Source: Octopus vulgaris
Lineage: Eukaryota
Length of the DNA: 64,000 nt
NCBI GenBank assembly: GCA_951406725.2
Contig: OX597837.1
Span: forward strand, 6,324,001-6,388,000
Direction: 5' to 3'
Shown piece after piece: positions 23,781-38,624 of the stretch. Position 1 is the first letter of the stretch. The number at the start of each line of letters is the position of its first letter. A program made the position numbers and the translations under genes. The notes under the pieces were generated by a model that ran no database searches, was not told the origin of the DNA, and worked only from the letters and a program-made list of their open reading frames with translations.

Positions 23781-25350
23781 ATTTGTCACAGACAGTTGTT
23801 TATTTGGCTTTCTTCCTGTTTCTATTTTATTTCCTTAGCTTTGCTGTAAATGTTCTTGAGCTTTTTTATATTTGCTTTCCATAGATTTCTTGCCATGTTC
23901 CTCATTTATCGATAGCATTTTTCATTTATCAATAAATATGTTCCAAATATTCTTACTTTATTACTTCTGTTATTATCTCAGTTTTGTCGACATTTTCTTT
24001 GCTTTGTTGCTAATTTAAACACATATTTGTGGTTGGATTTCATTATTTGTGTTGCTTTTCTTCCAAGTTCAACAGCTTTTTCTTATTTGTCTTACTAATT
24101 CTCACTTATTTCCATTGTTGTGTTTTATTAATTTTTTGGATTGCTATCGTTTCCCTTCTGTTGCTTTCTTCTTGACTTTGTTGCTAACTTCAACTTATTT
24201 CCATCGTTGCATTCTCTTATCTTTGTTGTAATTTTTTCCAGATTAATCACCAATTCCTAGTTTTGTTGCTATTCTTAAAACTGACTGCACTTCCAAAATA
24301 TACTTTGCATTGTTTCTTTCTAAATTCATTGTAATATTCTTAGTCATGTTACAAATCTTAAGTTTCCTGTTGCTAATCTGTATAGGTCAGCCGCCATTTT
24401 CCTTGCTTTTCTTACTAATCCGAGCTTATTTCATTATTTGCTTCGATATTTTACAATTTTCCCCATTTTTCCTTTTGTTTAGTTGCTAATTTTAATATAT
24501 CTGTTGTTCACATTTTCTTATTGCTGTTGCTATTTTGTCCTCCCAGGCGGGAATATTCCAAGTTTTGTTGCTAATCATAAGTACTATTTTTATTGTTACA
24601 TCATATTACCTATATTGCTTCCCCCCACTTTTGTTGCAATTTCTATGGTTTTGTTGCAACTCCTAAATGTTGTACAACTAATTTTCTTAGACTTGTCGTT
24701 GCTATTTGACTAACGTCGTTGTTGTTGCTATCGTCTTTTTTGTTGTTGCTGTCTATGATTTTATTTTCTCTTCAATTTCTAAAGATCAAAGAAATCGATT
24801 AACACTTAGTGTTAGATAGTTTGTTTCTAGTTGCTTTTTTTTGTTTTTTTTGTTACTTAATCTGGCTTTCTTGTGCTATATGTTTGTGTTTGTGAGCGGT
24901 GAGGGGGCATCAAGGTGTCTACGTGTGTTCATATTTACGTGTTTGTATTTGTGAGACTGTTAGGATGGACATAGTACCACACAGGAGCAAATTATCAGGG
25001 TCTCTTTTACGGTTGCGAATACACATACAAATACACACACATACACACACACACACACATATATATATATATCTGTGCGTGTATATATTCATATATATAC
25101 ATATATCTGTATGTATATATATATCTGATGACTTATCCACCTGTCCACACACACAAACACACACACACGCACATATATTTATAATTAGATTTCTCTATAT
25201 ATGTATAAATGTATATATATATATATATATATGTATATATAGATGTATATATATATATGTGCATATAAATATGTATGTAAATATATGTATATATATATCT
25301 ATAATCATATATATCTATATATATGTGTGTGTTATATATATACATACATG

Positions 25351-25400
<50 letters not shown>

Positions 25401-25769
25401 ATGATATATACATAAATGTATATACATATATATATATATATATATGTAATGATATATCAATATATATATATATATTGATATTATGTATATATATATATAA
25501 TCACATACAAACACTCACACAGGTCCAGAGAACGCGTATATATCTTTCCTATCACCAACAAGTTATTATTTCCGACCACATTAATAGAAAATTCTTTCAA
25601 TCACCAGGGTAGGTTTCCTCTTCCCTTCCCTCACCCTCTTCTCCCTTCCCCTTCCCATAAACTTTCTTTCTTTGTTTCTTTCTTTCATTTTTATATAACT
25701 GATATTTGATACGTTTATTTGTCAAACATACATACCCGCCCCCCGCTCCTTCCTCAATATCAGATATAT

Positions 25770-26035
25770 CAACATCATCATCGCCGTCATCGTCATCACC
25801 ACCACCAACATCGTAACCGTCATCGTTCTCGTGATTGTACAACCATTATGACCACCACCATCGCGAACCTTCGCCATCATCCCTGACATCCTCACCACCA
25901 CATTCATCGTCATCGTCGTCTTCGTCATCATCTTCATTCTTATCGTCATCATAATCCTCATCGTCATCCTCAACTTCCTCTTCTCCATTCTCATCATAAT
26001 CATCATCATCGTCATCGTCATCATCATCATCATCA

Positions 26036-26075
<40 letters not shown>

Positions 26076-26327
26076 ATATCACAATCACCATTATCGTCTC
26101 GCCATCAGCAGGAGCATCATCAACATCAGCATTACATCATCATCACAGTAACCATCGCCCTCCTTCTCCTCCCCCTCATCATCATCATTAACGTCATCCC
26201 CATGATCATCCACAGTATCATCAACATCACCATCATCATCATCAACATCATCACAATCACCATTATCTTCTCCTCATCAGCGGGAGCATCATCATCATCA
26301 TCATCATCATCACAATCATCATCATCG

Positions 26328-26370
<43 letters not shown>

Positions 26371-26565
26371 TATCATCCTTATCATCACCATCATCAACAT
26401 CATCATCATCATCATTTTCATCAACATTGCCACACCCATCTCCCGTTGAAACTCTCTCACCTTTAACTACCACAATTCGCCTAACTATCTCGCTTCCTCC
26501 CTCACACCTACCTAAACCACCCACCTACCTACCCATCCACCCACCCACCTACCTACCTACCTAAC
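25770..26565. repeat. Degenerate (CAT/CGT/CAC)n low-complexity tract and (CCTA/CCCA)n
   Basis: Read directly from the sequence. Confidence 0.9.
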
Positions 26566-27058
26566 GCCAACCCATTCTATCAATGATGAATGGGTTTATA
26601 ATATTTCTTATCAATATTTCAAAGCGAGAAATTCTCCAGAAAACCATTTTCATTTCATAAATCAATGCCTCAATATACTACCTCCTCCTACAACTCCACC
26701 AACCCTTCCACCATCACCACCACCATTAACGCCACCTCGTCCTCACACTCCAAGTCTTAGTCGAAGAAATGACCAAAATTTATATGAAGATGTTCTCCAC
26801 AAAGGAAGTCTTGTTCTCTTAATATTCCTGTTTCTCTTTTGTTTCACTGTCTCCTCCCCCCCACCGTTTATTTTATTGTCTCACATTTTTTTTTGCATCT
26901 TCTTTCTATATTTTCCATCTTCAACACTCTCAGTCTTATTCTCTCTCTCTCTCACGTTCCCCATCTTTCTCTCGCTCCCTCTCTCCTCGATTTTGGTATT
27001 TATTCACACACACATATTTACTTAAAAACATATATGCAAATTATACATATACATACAA

Positions 27059-27093
<35 letters not shown>

Positions 27094-27240
27094 CATGTGT
27101 GTGTGTATATATGCGTGCGTGTGTGCTTGTAAATATATGTGTTGTGTGTGTATGTACGTATAAATATTATATAATGTCTATGCATATAAATATACATATG
27201 CATTCATATATGCATGCACATATATATATATGTTTATATA

Positions 27241-27325
<85 letters not shown>

Positions 27326-27857
27326 TCTATATATATATATATGTATTTAAAGGCATATACATATTCCCATGTATATAAATATGTATGAATATACATATGT
27401 ATTCATATATGATTACATATGCATATATATGTGTGTATATGCATATATATAATATATATGTACACATACATATATGAGTGTATGTACGAGCCTATGTATG
27501 TAACTTGTTTAAAGTCGTGTCCACCATTGTATAGGAAGAGATCAGCTACATATATATATATATATATATATATATGTTTATATATATATATATGTATATA
27601 TATATGTATATATATATATACACATATACTTATTTATATATGTCTATAAGAATACATATATCATTTGTTTTCAAGCTCTCCCCCTTGATAAATGGGGCTC
27701 CTGAATATAACAGAAATAATACAAAAACAAGAACAACAACAACAACCAGAAACAGATATAAATCTCAATAACCCGACCGTACCCACTTAAAAAAAATAAG
27801 CAAATAAATAAAAAGAAGAAAAATTCTAAAAACCAAAAATAAAAATCCAAAACCTTA

Positions 27858-28990
<1,133 letters not shown>

Positions 28991-29472
28991 TTTACTATAC
29001 GCCTTGCATTGTGGTTATTGTTCTTAAAAACTGACGTCAAGGTCAGCCATCATTGTGATCGATCTATGATCAAAAGCCTGATAGCTGCGACCGTCCTGTA
29101 ATTAATTTAGACATAGTTTATCTTGGACTATATTATTTAGTGTGCCTGTTTAAAGCTTTATAACTTCCTCTTCTCTACCTCCACATTTCATATCTCCCTG
29201 AGGTTTATTTTGCGTTTCATCTTTTCGCGGTCGAAGCAATGAAGTCCCGGTCTATATATATATAGGTAGGGTGCTGTCTGTGTCTATAAACACATACGTA
29301 TTATATATATATGTGTGTTTTTGAGTGTGTGTGTGTGTGTGTGCGTGCACACACATACACGCATATATATACAGTAATTACGTATGAACTACTAATAGAT
29401 TCATGTCATAGAGACACAATATTTCCGTAGATTATATATCATGCATTGTGTCTCCAGCCAATGCTGTATTCA

Positions 29473-29977
29473 GAGAGAGAGAGAGAGAGTGTGTGGGGGA
29501 TAAAGAGGGGAGTCAGGTGGATAGAGTGAGGGAGGGAAGAGGAAAGAGATGGAGAAAGGGAGAAGGTAGAGAGGAGATGGAGAGAGGAAGGGAAAGAAGG
29601 GAGAGGGGGGAGGGGAGATGGAGAGGGGGGAGATGGAGAGAAGGAGAAGGTGAAGAGAAATGGAAAAGATAGAGAGAGGGGGAGAAGGTAGAAAGAGAGA
29701 GAATTGGAGGGGAGGGAGGGGAGAGAGGGGAGAGGGAGATAGAGAGTGGAAGAGAGGGAGGAGGAGGAGGGAGAGGAGAGAAGGAGAGAGGGATCGGGAG
29801 AGAGAGATAGAAATGGTGAGAGAGGGAGGGAGAAATTGTCAGAGCAGGAGAGAGAGAGGGGAGAGGGAGACGGAGAAAGGGATAGAGGGAGGGAGAGGGA
29901 GAGAAACAGGAGAGACAGACAGAGATAGAAAGAGCGGAAGAAGAAAAGGAGAAGGAAAGTGACGGAGAAAGAGAAAG
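29473..29977. repeat. Polypurine (GA-rich) low-complexity tract
   Basis: About 500 bp almost entirely G/A on the + strand. Confidence 0.9.
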
Positions 29978-30189
29978 TATTGTGTAATCACCAAAGAACA
30001 GCAATTTGGAGCTCAATTAATAAGATGTTATTATATCGGAATCCATCTGCATCGATACACATAATCAACTCAATCGATTTTCAAGAGTAACATAATTTGC
30101 ATAAAAATTGAAAAGTATATATTTCAGATACATTTCATAATTTATTCGTCTCCAACAGTTGTTTCGTTGGAGCAAATAGCACCGAACGT

Positions 30190-30288
30190 ATGGGTTGTTC
30201 GGAAAGTTCGTGCCGATTTATAGAAGCTTACATTCTCGACTTATTTTAGAACATGGTTGAGTCCATAAAATAGGATTTGACTACACCT
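30190..30288 (+). mobile_element. Tc1/mariner terminal fragment
   Basis: Begins tatgggttgttcggaaagttcgtgccgattt, resembling mariner-type terminal inverted repeats after a TA; no partner TIR was found. Confidence 0.45.
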
Positions 30289-30586
30289 CCGATTGCGCTC
30301 AAATTTGATATGTAGATACTGACGGTATAAGGGCGTGTATAAGTCTTGAAAAAATTACAAAAATCGATTCCAGGTGAGAATGCGATCGATAAATCATTCT
30401 TTGGAATAGAAAAAAGTGTATCTTTATTTCTTCTTTTGCTAGTATCTCAAATTTAGGTTAAATCAGTGTTTCTCAAAGGGGGGGGGGTCTATGGGACGGT
30501 CGGACAAGTTGTTTTGAGAAAATTTGGTTTAAATGTTTGACAACTTAGCACCATCCGTTGGACGAGGTGGGTGGCTTTTTGCTTGT
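30288..30586 (+). mobile_element. Non-autonomous Helitron-like element fragment
   Basis: 30288-30383 and 30537-30586 are homologous to 46918-47014 and 47014-47058. Confidence 0.5.
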
Positions 30587-30597
30587 ATGTATATAAG

Positions 30598-30713
30598 GTC
30601 GACTCGAAACTATTGTATAAGACACTTGCCTAAGTTGCCACGTAGTGAGACTAAAGCCGGATCCATGTGGTTGGAAAACAAGCTTCTTACCACGCAGCCA
30701 CACCTGCGCCTAT
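30598..30713 (-). mobile_element. 5' part of SINE family A
   Basis: aagacacttgcctaag...ccatgtggttgg...cttaccacgcagccacacctgcgccta. Confidence 0.75.
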
Positions 30714-30808
30714 ATCTAGAGCTTTGTATAAATCTACCAATGCTACCCGATAAATCTCAGCCAACATGCAAATATTTCCCCTGATCATTCCTTTATAGCT
30801 TTTAAGTA

Positions 30809-31307
30809 CTACTTACTTACTTACTTGTGGTAACATTCACCCTGGGTGGGTTGAGCCGGCTTCTTCTACCACCCTCGGGGCATCTCGAACCATGGCAGCC
30901 CACGCACGACGGTCCTGCACAAGTTCACTGGAGATAGCGAGCCAGTCACGATTCCAACGGCGCAGGCCGATGTTGCCATTGTATTCGCCATTGAGAATTC
31001 ATGTGAGAAGTTTCGTGGGAATATGTGGATTTTACAAACGGTCCCCAACAATCCCGCATGTAGAGACATCCTGTTTGCCGCAGATTGTCTGCAGACGCAA
31101 GGACAGAACGACCGAGGAGCCGCCAGTTGCCGACACAGACTCTCCGAGGATTTTCACCAGAGCCCCGTCTGCCGGGTTGCGGCCCTAATACCACTCGGTG
31201 TCAGACCAATCCGCCTTGGGTGGCCGTACGAGGAACCGAAGTTCCCAACGGCATAGCTCTGACACTATCCGTTGCCAGCGTCCCCACCACGGTGAGGAGG
31301 GGATCGT
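30809..31307 (-). mobile_element. 499-bp non-autonomous RTE derivative (5' UTR fused to ORF 3' end) with (TAAG)n tail and 10-bp TSD
   Basis: TSD cttttaagta at 30799-30808 and 31308-31317. The 5' part has gagctatgccg...ggccacccaaggcgga (RTE/BovB-like 5' UTR). The 3' part translates to GLRRWNRDWLAISSELVQDRRAWAAMVRDA (RTE C-terminus). Confidence 0.75.
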
Positions 31308-33114
31308 CTTTTAAGTAACCAAGCTGGATTATTTACAACTAAGACTATTTACACTTACGTCATATAACGTATAACGTTAATTTTTGATCTCCCAAAGTTA
31401 TCTCTATCTCGATAGGTTGTGTTATAATTGCGAAGTGACAATTAAGACAAGCTCCACTTGAGAAGGGGGACATTATTTTGTAAATATGAGACATCCTCTA
31501 GAGGCAAAAATAATTATAAAAAAGCAAAAAATTATGTTGTATGCTATTTAATATACTTGTATGCCACCCGCCTTTCTGAGTTATTTAGCCTTTGCTCACT
31601 TTTATGTAAATTATTTACAACTTATCTCTGTGTATATCTAGAAGCCTTTCTATCATCCAGCATTTCTGTTGACTCCCTATAGAGATATATCGCTACAAAA
31701 AGATTCCTTTCACAATAAACATGCATTTTACAAATATTGCTATACTTATTTCGGCTTATGTCAATCTAATAATAATACCATCAGTTTTTACCAATCACTC
31801 GTATATTTTGCAGCGGACTTAATCTAAGCATATATCGATCATTTAGCAAGCTATGCAGTATAAATTGATGAGACTATGCTATGCCCTCATAAAAACAGAA
31901 AATTTATTCCGAACAAAACCTATAAGATAAGAAACCATAGTATTGTATACAGCGTATTCGTTGACAGACAAGTAAAAGCGTTAGGTTTGCCCCCTCCGAA
32001 AGCAGTTACACAGCTGTCAGGAATATAACATTTAATGTCACCAAGAAAGAAAACATTTATGGACAATTGATGTGGGATGTGGATTTTATAGCTTTCTTCA
32101 CTCCTCAAACTCTCTCTCACCCTTTCTCACTATCTATTTCCCCTCTTCCTCTAGGCCTCTCACACGCAAGCATACACTTTCCCTATTCACCCCCTCCGCT
32201 CTCTTCAGGTCGTGGCACCATGTTCTGTGAATAGTTATTCCCATACTTTCATCGGTAATGAAATTCTGTATTTTACGGGTTTTGTTTTGTCCGTGATTTC
32301 AGGTTCAAACTTTGAAAACGATTTATCTGTCGTAGTTGAAATTTCTTATGGCTTACGTACGGGTTAAACTGCTTTATAAATTCAATCTGTCTTTCTCACT
32401 TATCTTGCTGCAAACTTTTAAAACCAACTGAGATTTCTTTTATTGGAAATCACACAAAATATGGCTACGGTGGAAGACCGGAGACAGTTATAGTTTTGTA
32501 AAACGGATAGGAAAACTTTTCGAAACAAACGGCATACAAGATGTACAGTCAGAGTGATTCCGGAAAGAAAAGTTCGATTGTGTATTTATATCAGGAATTG
32601 GTTGAAGGAAGGGATGATTGAAATATATTGTAAGATTTCTTAAACGGGTGAAAACCTTACGAAACACATTTCATTGTACCTAAGCGAAATAAATTCAACT
32701 ATGTGTTAAAGGGACATAACTGTGAACTGAATATAGTGGTTTATGCGTATCTCTTTAACCGAATTCGATAAAAAGTGCAAACCTTTGAGCAGCAAAACTA
32801 TTAACGCGTAGGATGGGAAACCTTACTCTGCAATCAGAGTTCAAATCCCACTCTAGGCTACTTGGTTAGTAAACTGATTCATTCACCTGGTTTGACACCA
32901 CCAACAACACTATTTTTATAAATGCAGATTTATACACGCACCCACGCACACTCACACACACACACGCACACACATACACACACACACACACACACTCACA
33001 CTCATGTCCACACACTCACACATATATGATATATTGTGTGGAGTCAAAATTTTTGCAATTCTTTGGCAACTTTTTTCGACAAAGACAGGCCAACGCGTTG
33101 CAAAATCACATTTC

Positions 33115-33420
33115 TCCCAGTTTTCTGATCTCGCACTGATACCAGTTCTTGTCCATTGTGGCGAAGAACTCATTCACTGAAGCATCCATTTGTTCATAAT
33201 TGATTAAGCATTGGGAGCGTAGAAAGTGAGCCGTACATCGGAACAAGTAAGTGAGCTAGGTATGGACTATATGCCGGATGTAAGATCAGTTCAATTCCCT
33301 CGTGTTTCTGGAGTTTATTCCGTGTCGCTCGAGCGGCAGACGGTCTTGTGTTGTTTTGCTGCCGAAGAGTTCGCTTGAGGCCCTCCGCGTGCTACAAGCC
33401 AGACTCGTTTCTGTTGCTTA
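33115..33420 (-). pseudogene. Mariner transposase C-terminal fossil
   Basis: Hand translation: KRTLRQQNNTRPSAARATRNKLQKHEGIELILHPAYSPYLA, frameshift, then YLFRCTAHFLRSQCLINYEQMDASVNEFFATMDKNWYQCEIRKLGEM. This matches the mariner DNARPH...HPxYSPDLAPxDxxLF pattern. Confidence 0.8.
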
Positions 33421-33799
33421 CTACATAGTTATTTGACAATGTAGTGTGACAAAAATATAATGGGTTGGTCGCGGTTGGAAGGTCTACTAAAGATAGATCT
33501 CCTCAGACAGGGACGGAATGGAGCGAAAATACATCATTAAGACCAACACAGTCTTCACAAATGGAGGATGGATGAAGCAAGGGAATAACGTAACGATGAC
33601 GTAAACTTTTACGATTAGACACGTGACATGTCTTTTGACAAATCATCATACAAATATTTACTGCAACAAACACGCATACACACCAATATATGTATATGTG
33701 TGTGTGTGCGCGCGTGTCTTGTGTGCGTACGTGTGTGTGTATCTGTGTATTTGTGTATGCATTAATATATAAACCATATAAACGACCATTAATGATTCC

Positions 33800-33832
<33 letters not shown>

Positions 33833-33923
33833 CTTCTTTCTTTGTGCCTTTCAGTCTTTCTCTCCGTCTTTCTCCATCTCCCTCTCCATCTCTCTCTCTG
33901 CTTGTCTCTCTCTGTATATATAC

Positions 33924-33959
<36 letters not shown>

Positions 33960-34238
33960 CGTATTATGTATGAATGTATGCATGTACGTATATGTTTATG
34001 TATATTTATATGCATGTATATATATACAGAGAGAGAGAGAGAAGGAAAGAGGCAAAGAGACAGAGACGGGGAGACAGAGATAAAACTAGTGAAGTAAAAA
34101 TATATCTACACAATTGCACACATACACTTACACATACACACTTCTACAAACATGTACACATATTCGACATTCACTATTATTTCTTCACAACCCCCTCTCA
34201 TGTTTTGTGCGTGTGTATATACGCACAAACACACACAT

Positions 34239-34281
<43 letters not shown>

Positions 34282-34519
34282 TGTGTGTATATACGCACAA
34301 ACACACATGCATATATATATATATACATGCATAAACATACGTACACACACACACGCATATATATACATTCATACATATAAATGTAAATATGTATATATAT
34401 ACACATATATATTTATATATATGAATATATGTATATATATATACATATATATATTTATATGTATGTATATACGTATATATATATATATATATATAAATGT
34501 ATACATAATACATACATAT

Positions 34520-34612
<93 letters not shown>

Positions 34613-35144
34613 TATATGTACATACATATATATACATACATCTATCTTTCTTTTTCTTCCCCTGAAATCCTACGCTCCGTCGCTCCCGCCCGTTTTTCCT
34701 GTTTCCTTCTCTGTAACATTTCAGCAATCCATATCACTTCAGTTTAATCAATGTCAAATTACACGTCTCCAAATTGAATACTTCTTCGTGTTCTGCCCTC
34801 AAGGACATCAACATAAATCGTGGAACCCGACCTACAAATTAAAATGCCACTAGAACCCATCATAGCGAACTCCAAGACAAAGCACCGTTCGCTAACACTT
34901 GCAATTATTATCCACAACCAGATAACAACGGGAATAGTAATAATAATAGTAATAATAATAGTAATAATAACAATAATAATAATAATAAGAAGAAGAAGAA
35001 GAAGAAGAAGGAGAAGAAGAAGAAGAAGGAGAAGACGAAGAAAAAGAACACCAACAACGACAGCAATATTAGTAGTATAGAAGTAGTAGTAGTAGTGGTG
35101 GTGGTAGCAGTAGTAGTAGTGTATAGTAGTAGTAGTAGTGATAA

Positions 35145-35520
35145 TGGTTTCAAATTTTGCCGAAATCTTCGGAGCGGGTATGTGTCAATTACATCGACCC
35201 CAGTGTTCAACTGGTATTTCATTTATCGACCGCCGAAAGGATGAAAGGCAAAGTCGACCTCGGCGGAATTTTAACTCAAAGCGTAGCGACGCATGAAATA
35301 GCACCAAGCATTTCCTCCAGCGCTCTAACGTTTCTGCCAGCGTGTAGCCTTAATAATAATGTTAATAATAATAATCCATGTAAATTTTGGGACCATATCG
35401 TGCACCAGTTGAGCACTTATTTTACAGATCCTGCAAAAGTTGACCTCGGCAGAATTTGAACTCAGAAAGTAATGGCGAGAGAAATGCCGCTAAGGGACCC
35501 ACACACAATTCTACCAGATT
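35145..35520 (-). mobile_element. Two SINE family B copies (second is partial)
   Basis: atcgaccccagtg...gaaaggatgaaaggcaaagtcgacctcggcggaatt; second gacctcggcagaatttgaactcagaa. Confidence 0.75.
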
Positions 35521-35624
35521 AAAACCATACGCGTATGTAATATTGCTTTCAAATTTTAACCCAAAGCCAGCAATTTTAGGGGATAGTTGAAGTGGATTAC
35601 ATCGTCTCAAGTGCTCTTTTACTA

Positions 35625-35812
35625 TTTACTTGTTTCCGTTATTTGACTGCGGCCATGCTGGAGCACCGCCTTTAGTTGACCCCAGGACGTAAACTATGTT
35701 AGCTTAGTAATTATTCTATCGTTCTCTTTTGCCGAACAGCTAATTCACAGGTACGTAAACACACCAGCATCGGTTGTCAAGCGATGTTGGGGGGACAAAC
35801 ACAGACACACAC

Positions 35813-35844
<32 letters not shown>

Positions 35845-36007
35845 ACGACGGGTTTCTTTCAGTTTCTGTCTACCAAATCCACTCACATGGCTTTGGTCAG
35901 CACAGGGTATAGTAGAAAACACTTGCTCTAGGTGCCATGCAGTGAGACTGAATCCAGAACCTTGTGGTTGGTAAGCAAGCTACTTACCACACAGCTGCTC
36001 CTGCGCT
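35625..36007 (-). mobile_element. Full-length SINE family A
   Basis: Collinear with 57709-58110, including the internal (CA)(TA) tract. Confidence 0.85.
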
Positions 36008-36009
36008 CT

Positions 36010-36597
36010 GCTGGTATTTATTTTATCGACGACGAAAGATTGAATGGCAAAGTCGACCCCAGTAGAATTTTGAACTCGGAACATACAGATGGATGAAATG
36101 CTGCTAATTATGTTGGGCAGCGTGTTAACGATTCTGCCATGGTGCTGCCCTGAAACGGATATTGTAATAATTTGCAAATATTGCACAATCGCGTTTATAG
36201 TGGTTTGTAATACTTGACACAAGCTCGCCAATTTTAGAAGAAGGGTAACCTAAAACTTCGACACCAGTACACAACTGGTACATATTTCATCGACCCCGAA
36301 AGGATGAAAGGCAAAGACGCTGACAAAATGCTGCAAAGCATTTTATCCGGAATAGAACAAATTTGTAATATTGTTAATGCATTTCGAAGGCGGTGAGCTG
36401 GCAGAATCATTAGCGTACACCGGGGAAAATGCCCATCGGCATTTCGTATATCTTCACGTTTTGAGTTCAAATGCCGCTTGGACTGACTTTGTCTTTCACT
36501 CTTTCGGAATCGATAAAAAGTACCAGTTAAACACTGGGATCGATCTAGGCCATTTATTCTTAATCGAAATTGCTGTTCCAGAATTTGAAACCAATAT
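36010..36597. mobile_element. Cluster of SINE family B copies (two on -, one on + at about 36389-36597)
   Basis: ggcaaagtcgacccc..gaattttgaactc; cgaccccgaaaggatgaaaggcaaag; ggcggtgagctggcagaatcattagc. Confidence 0.7.
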
Positions 36598-36620
36598 TAT
36601 TATTGTCCAATATGGATATT

Positions 36621-36910
36621 GTGGAGGCGCAATGGCTCAGTGGTTAGGGCAGCGGACTCGCGGTCGGAGGATCATGGTTTCGATTCCCAGACCGGGTGTT
36701 GTGTGTGTTTATTGAGCGAAAACACCTAAAGCTCCACGATGATCCGGCAGGGGGTGGTGGCAAGCCCTGTTGTACTCTTTCACCCCAACTTTCTCTCACA
36801 ATATCTTCCTGTTTCTTGGGTAACGCTGCGATGACAGAAACCGGGAAACATACGGCACAGAAAACGGGAAACCGGGTCCATGAGCCTGGCTAGGCTTAAA
36901 AAGGGTGCAT
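36621..36910 (+). mobile_element. tRNA-derived SINE family C, tail type 2, with 10-bp TSD
   Basis: Head gtggaggcgcaatggctcagtggttagggcagcggactcg...ggtttcgattccc; TSD aatatggata at 36609-36618 and 36921-36930. Confidence 0.88.
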
Positions 36911-37789
36911 AAATGCATAAAATATGGATAGTAAGAATTCGGTCTAATCTAATACCATCAATCTATCTCAGAATGATGTTTATTATTTTAAAGATTGATG
37001 CTAATAACTGCAAAAAAATAGAAAAAAACAACAAATCAATATATTAAATTTTTATTATATATTCTTGTAAGATAAAATTCTGAAGAAAACGAAACTTTCA
37101 ATATTTGTAAATTAGAAAATATTTCTCAAGGATGTCGCAGACAATGGCAATACGACTTCGCAATTATTTATCAAAATAGAACATATTTTCTCGAGAAAGA
37201 CGAACGCGAATCATAAGAGGTTCCATGTTTGGTCTATTAACACGAAAATTATGGCTATAATAACCAATATACTTAGCATTTCAGTAACCTAGAATACCTT
37301 TGATCATAGTTCACATCGATCAGAGATGAGTTTGTCAAGAAAGAAAAATAAAAGAAAAAAAGACAAAAACAGTAACGAGAAAAATCGAAGAATTATGAAC
37401 AAAAACATTACATTAATACAAAAAAAAAATATATAAATATAAATAAAGAAACAGATGTTGGACATTACTCTTGTAAACAGCCGGCCGTGAATGGCGAACA
37501 TTTCAATACATTTAGAACAATACGAAGTCAACGAATCAAAACCATCGAACCACGTTTGCCAAACACGAAATAAACTACTAAAACTGCGAGTGTCCAAGTA
37601 TTGAGGTATTGAAGATATATGATCGACAATATATCAGATATTCAGTGATGTTTATCAATAATAGTATGAACTATATATATATATATATATATATAGACAG
37701 ATGTACAGATATTAACTGCAACAATTCATTACAGAATATTTCAGCTACAAAAGATCTGTCACATTGATATTTTTTATTGGATGGTCAAG

Positions 37790-37826
<37 letters not shown>

Positions 37827-37937
37827 AAATTTATATTGATAAAGATATGTATATTTGTAAAGATATGTATATTTGTATATATATATATATATATATATAC
37901 GTATGTATGTATAAATTAATATTGATATACATATGTA

Positions 37938-38008
<71 letters not shown>

Positions 38009-38210
38009 AAATTTATATTGATATACATATGTATATATATATATATATGTGTTGGGGTATACAAATATATGTAAGCAAATGTAGATGTATGTATGGAAAT
38101 ATAAGCATATTTATATGTATATGTAAATGTACATAGGTTTTATGAGAGAGACTGTATGAAAATTATCTGCATCTAACATTGTGTATCTATCTATCAATCT
38201 CTCTCTCTCT

Positions 38211-38248
<38 letters not shown>

Positions 38249-38531
38249 GTATCTATCTATATAAAAAGTCTCTTGCTTTCTCACTCTATGTATGAGTGTT
38301 TGTGTAAGAGTACTTGTGTGCATATATGTGTTTCTATATATATATATATATACATATGTATTATGTATTTATTTATATGTGTATATATATATACTTTTGT
38401 GTCTGGGGAGAGTCATTCTCTTTTAGTGATTTATAATTTAACACACTCACCGGTAAAATTTCTACTTATTTGCTTTTTTATTTTTCTAAAATTTTCGTTG
38501 CGTCTTGCAACCTTTTCAATAGTCGTGTATG

Positions 38532-38563
<32 letters not shown>

Positions 38564-38592
38564 TATATATATATAAGCATATATATGTATAA

Positions 38593-38624
<32 letters not shown>

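Noticed and set aside
30866-31318. Overlapping GC-rich ORFs as a host gene
   Set aside because: They lie wholly inside a TSD-flanked RTE-derived insert, and the higher GC explains the open frames.
32200-32700. Possible Tc1-like transposon remnant
   Set aside because: Only vague similarity was seen, and no TIR pair or catalytic motif could be read.
36621-36693. tRNA gene (also the heads at 9480-9549, 17122 and 61928)
   Set aside because: A and B boxes are present, but each continues into a shared SINE body, one copy has a TSD, and no convincing cloverleaf was found.
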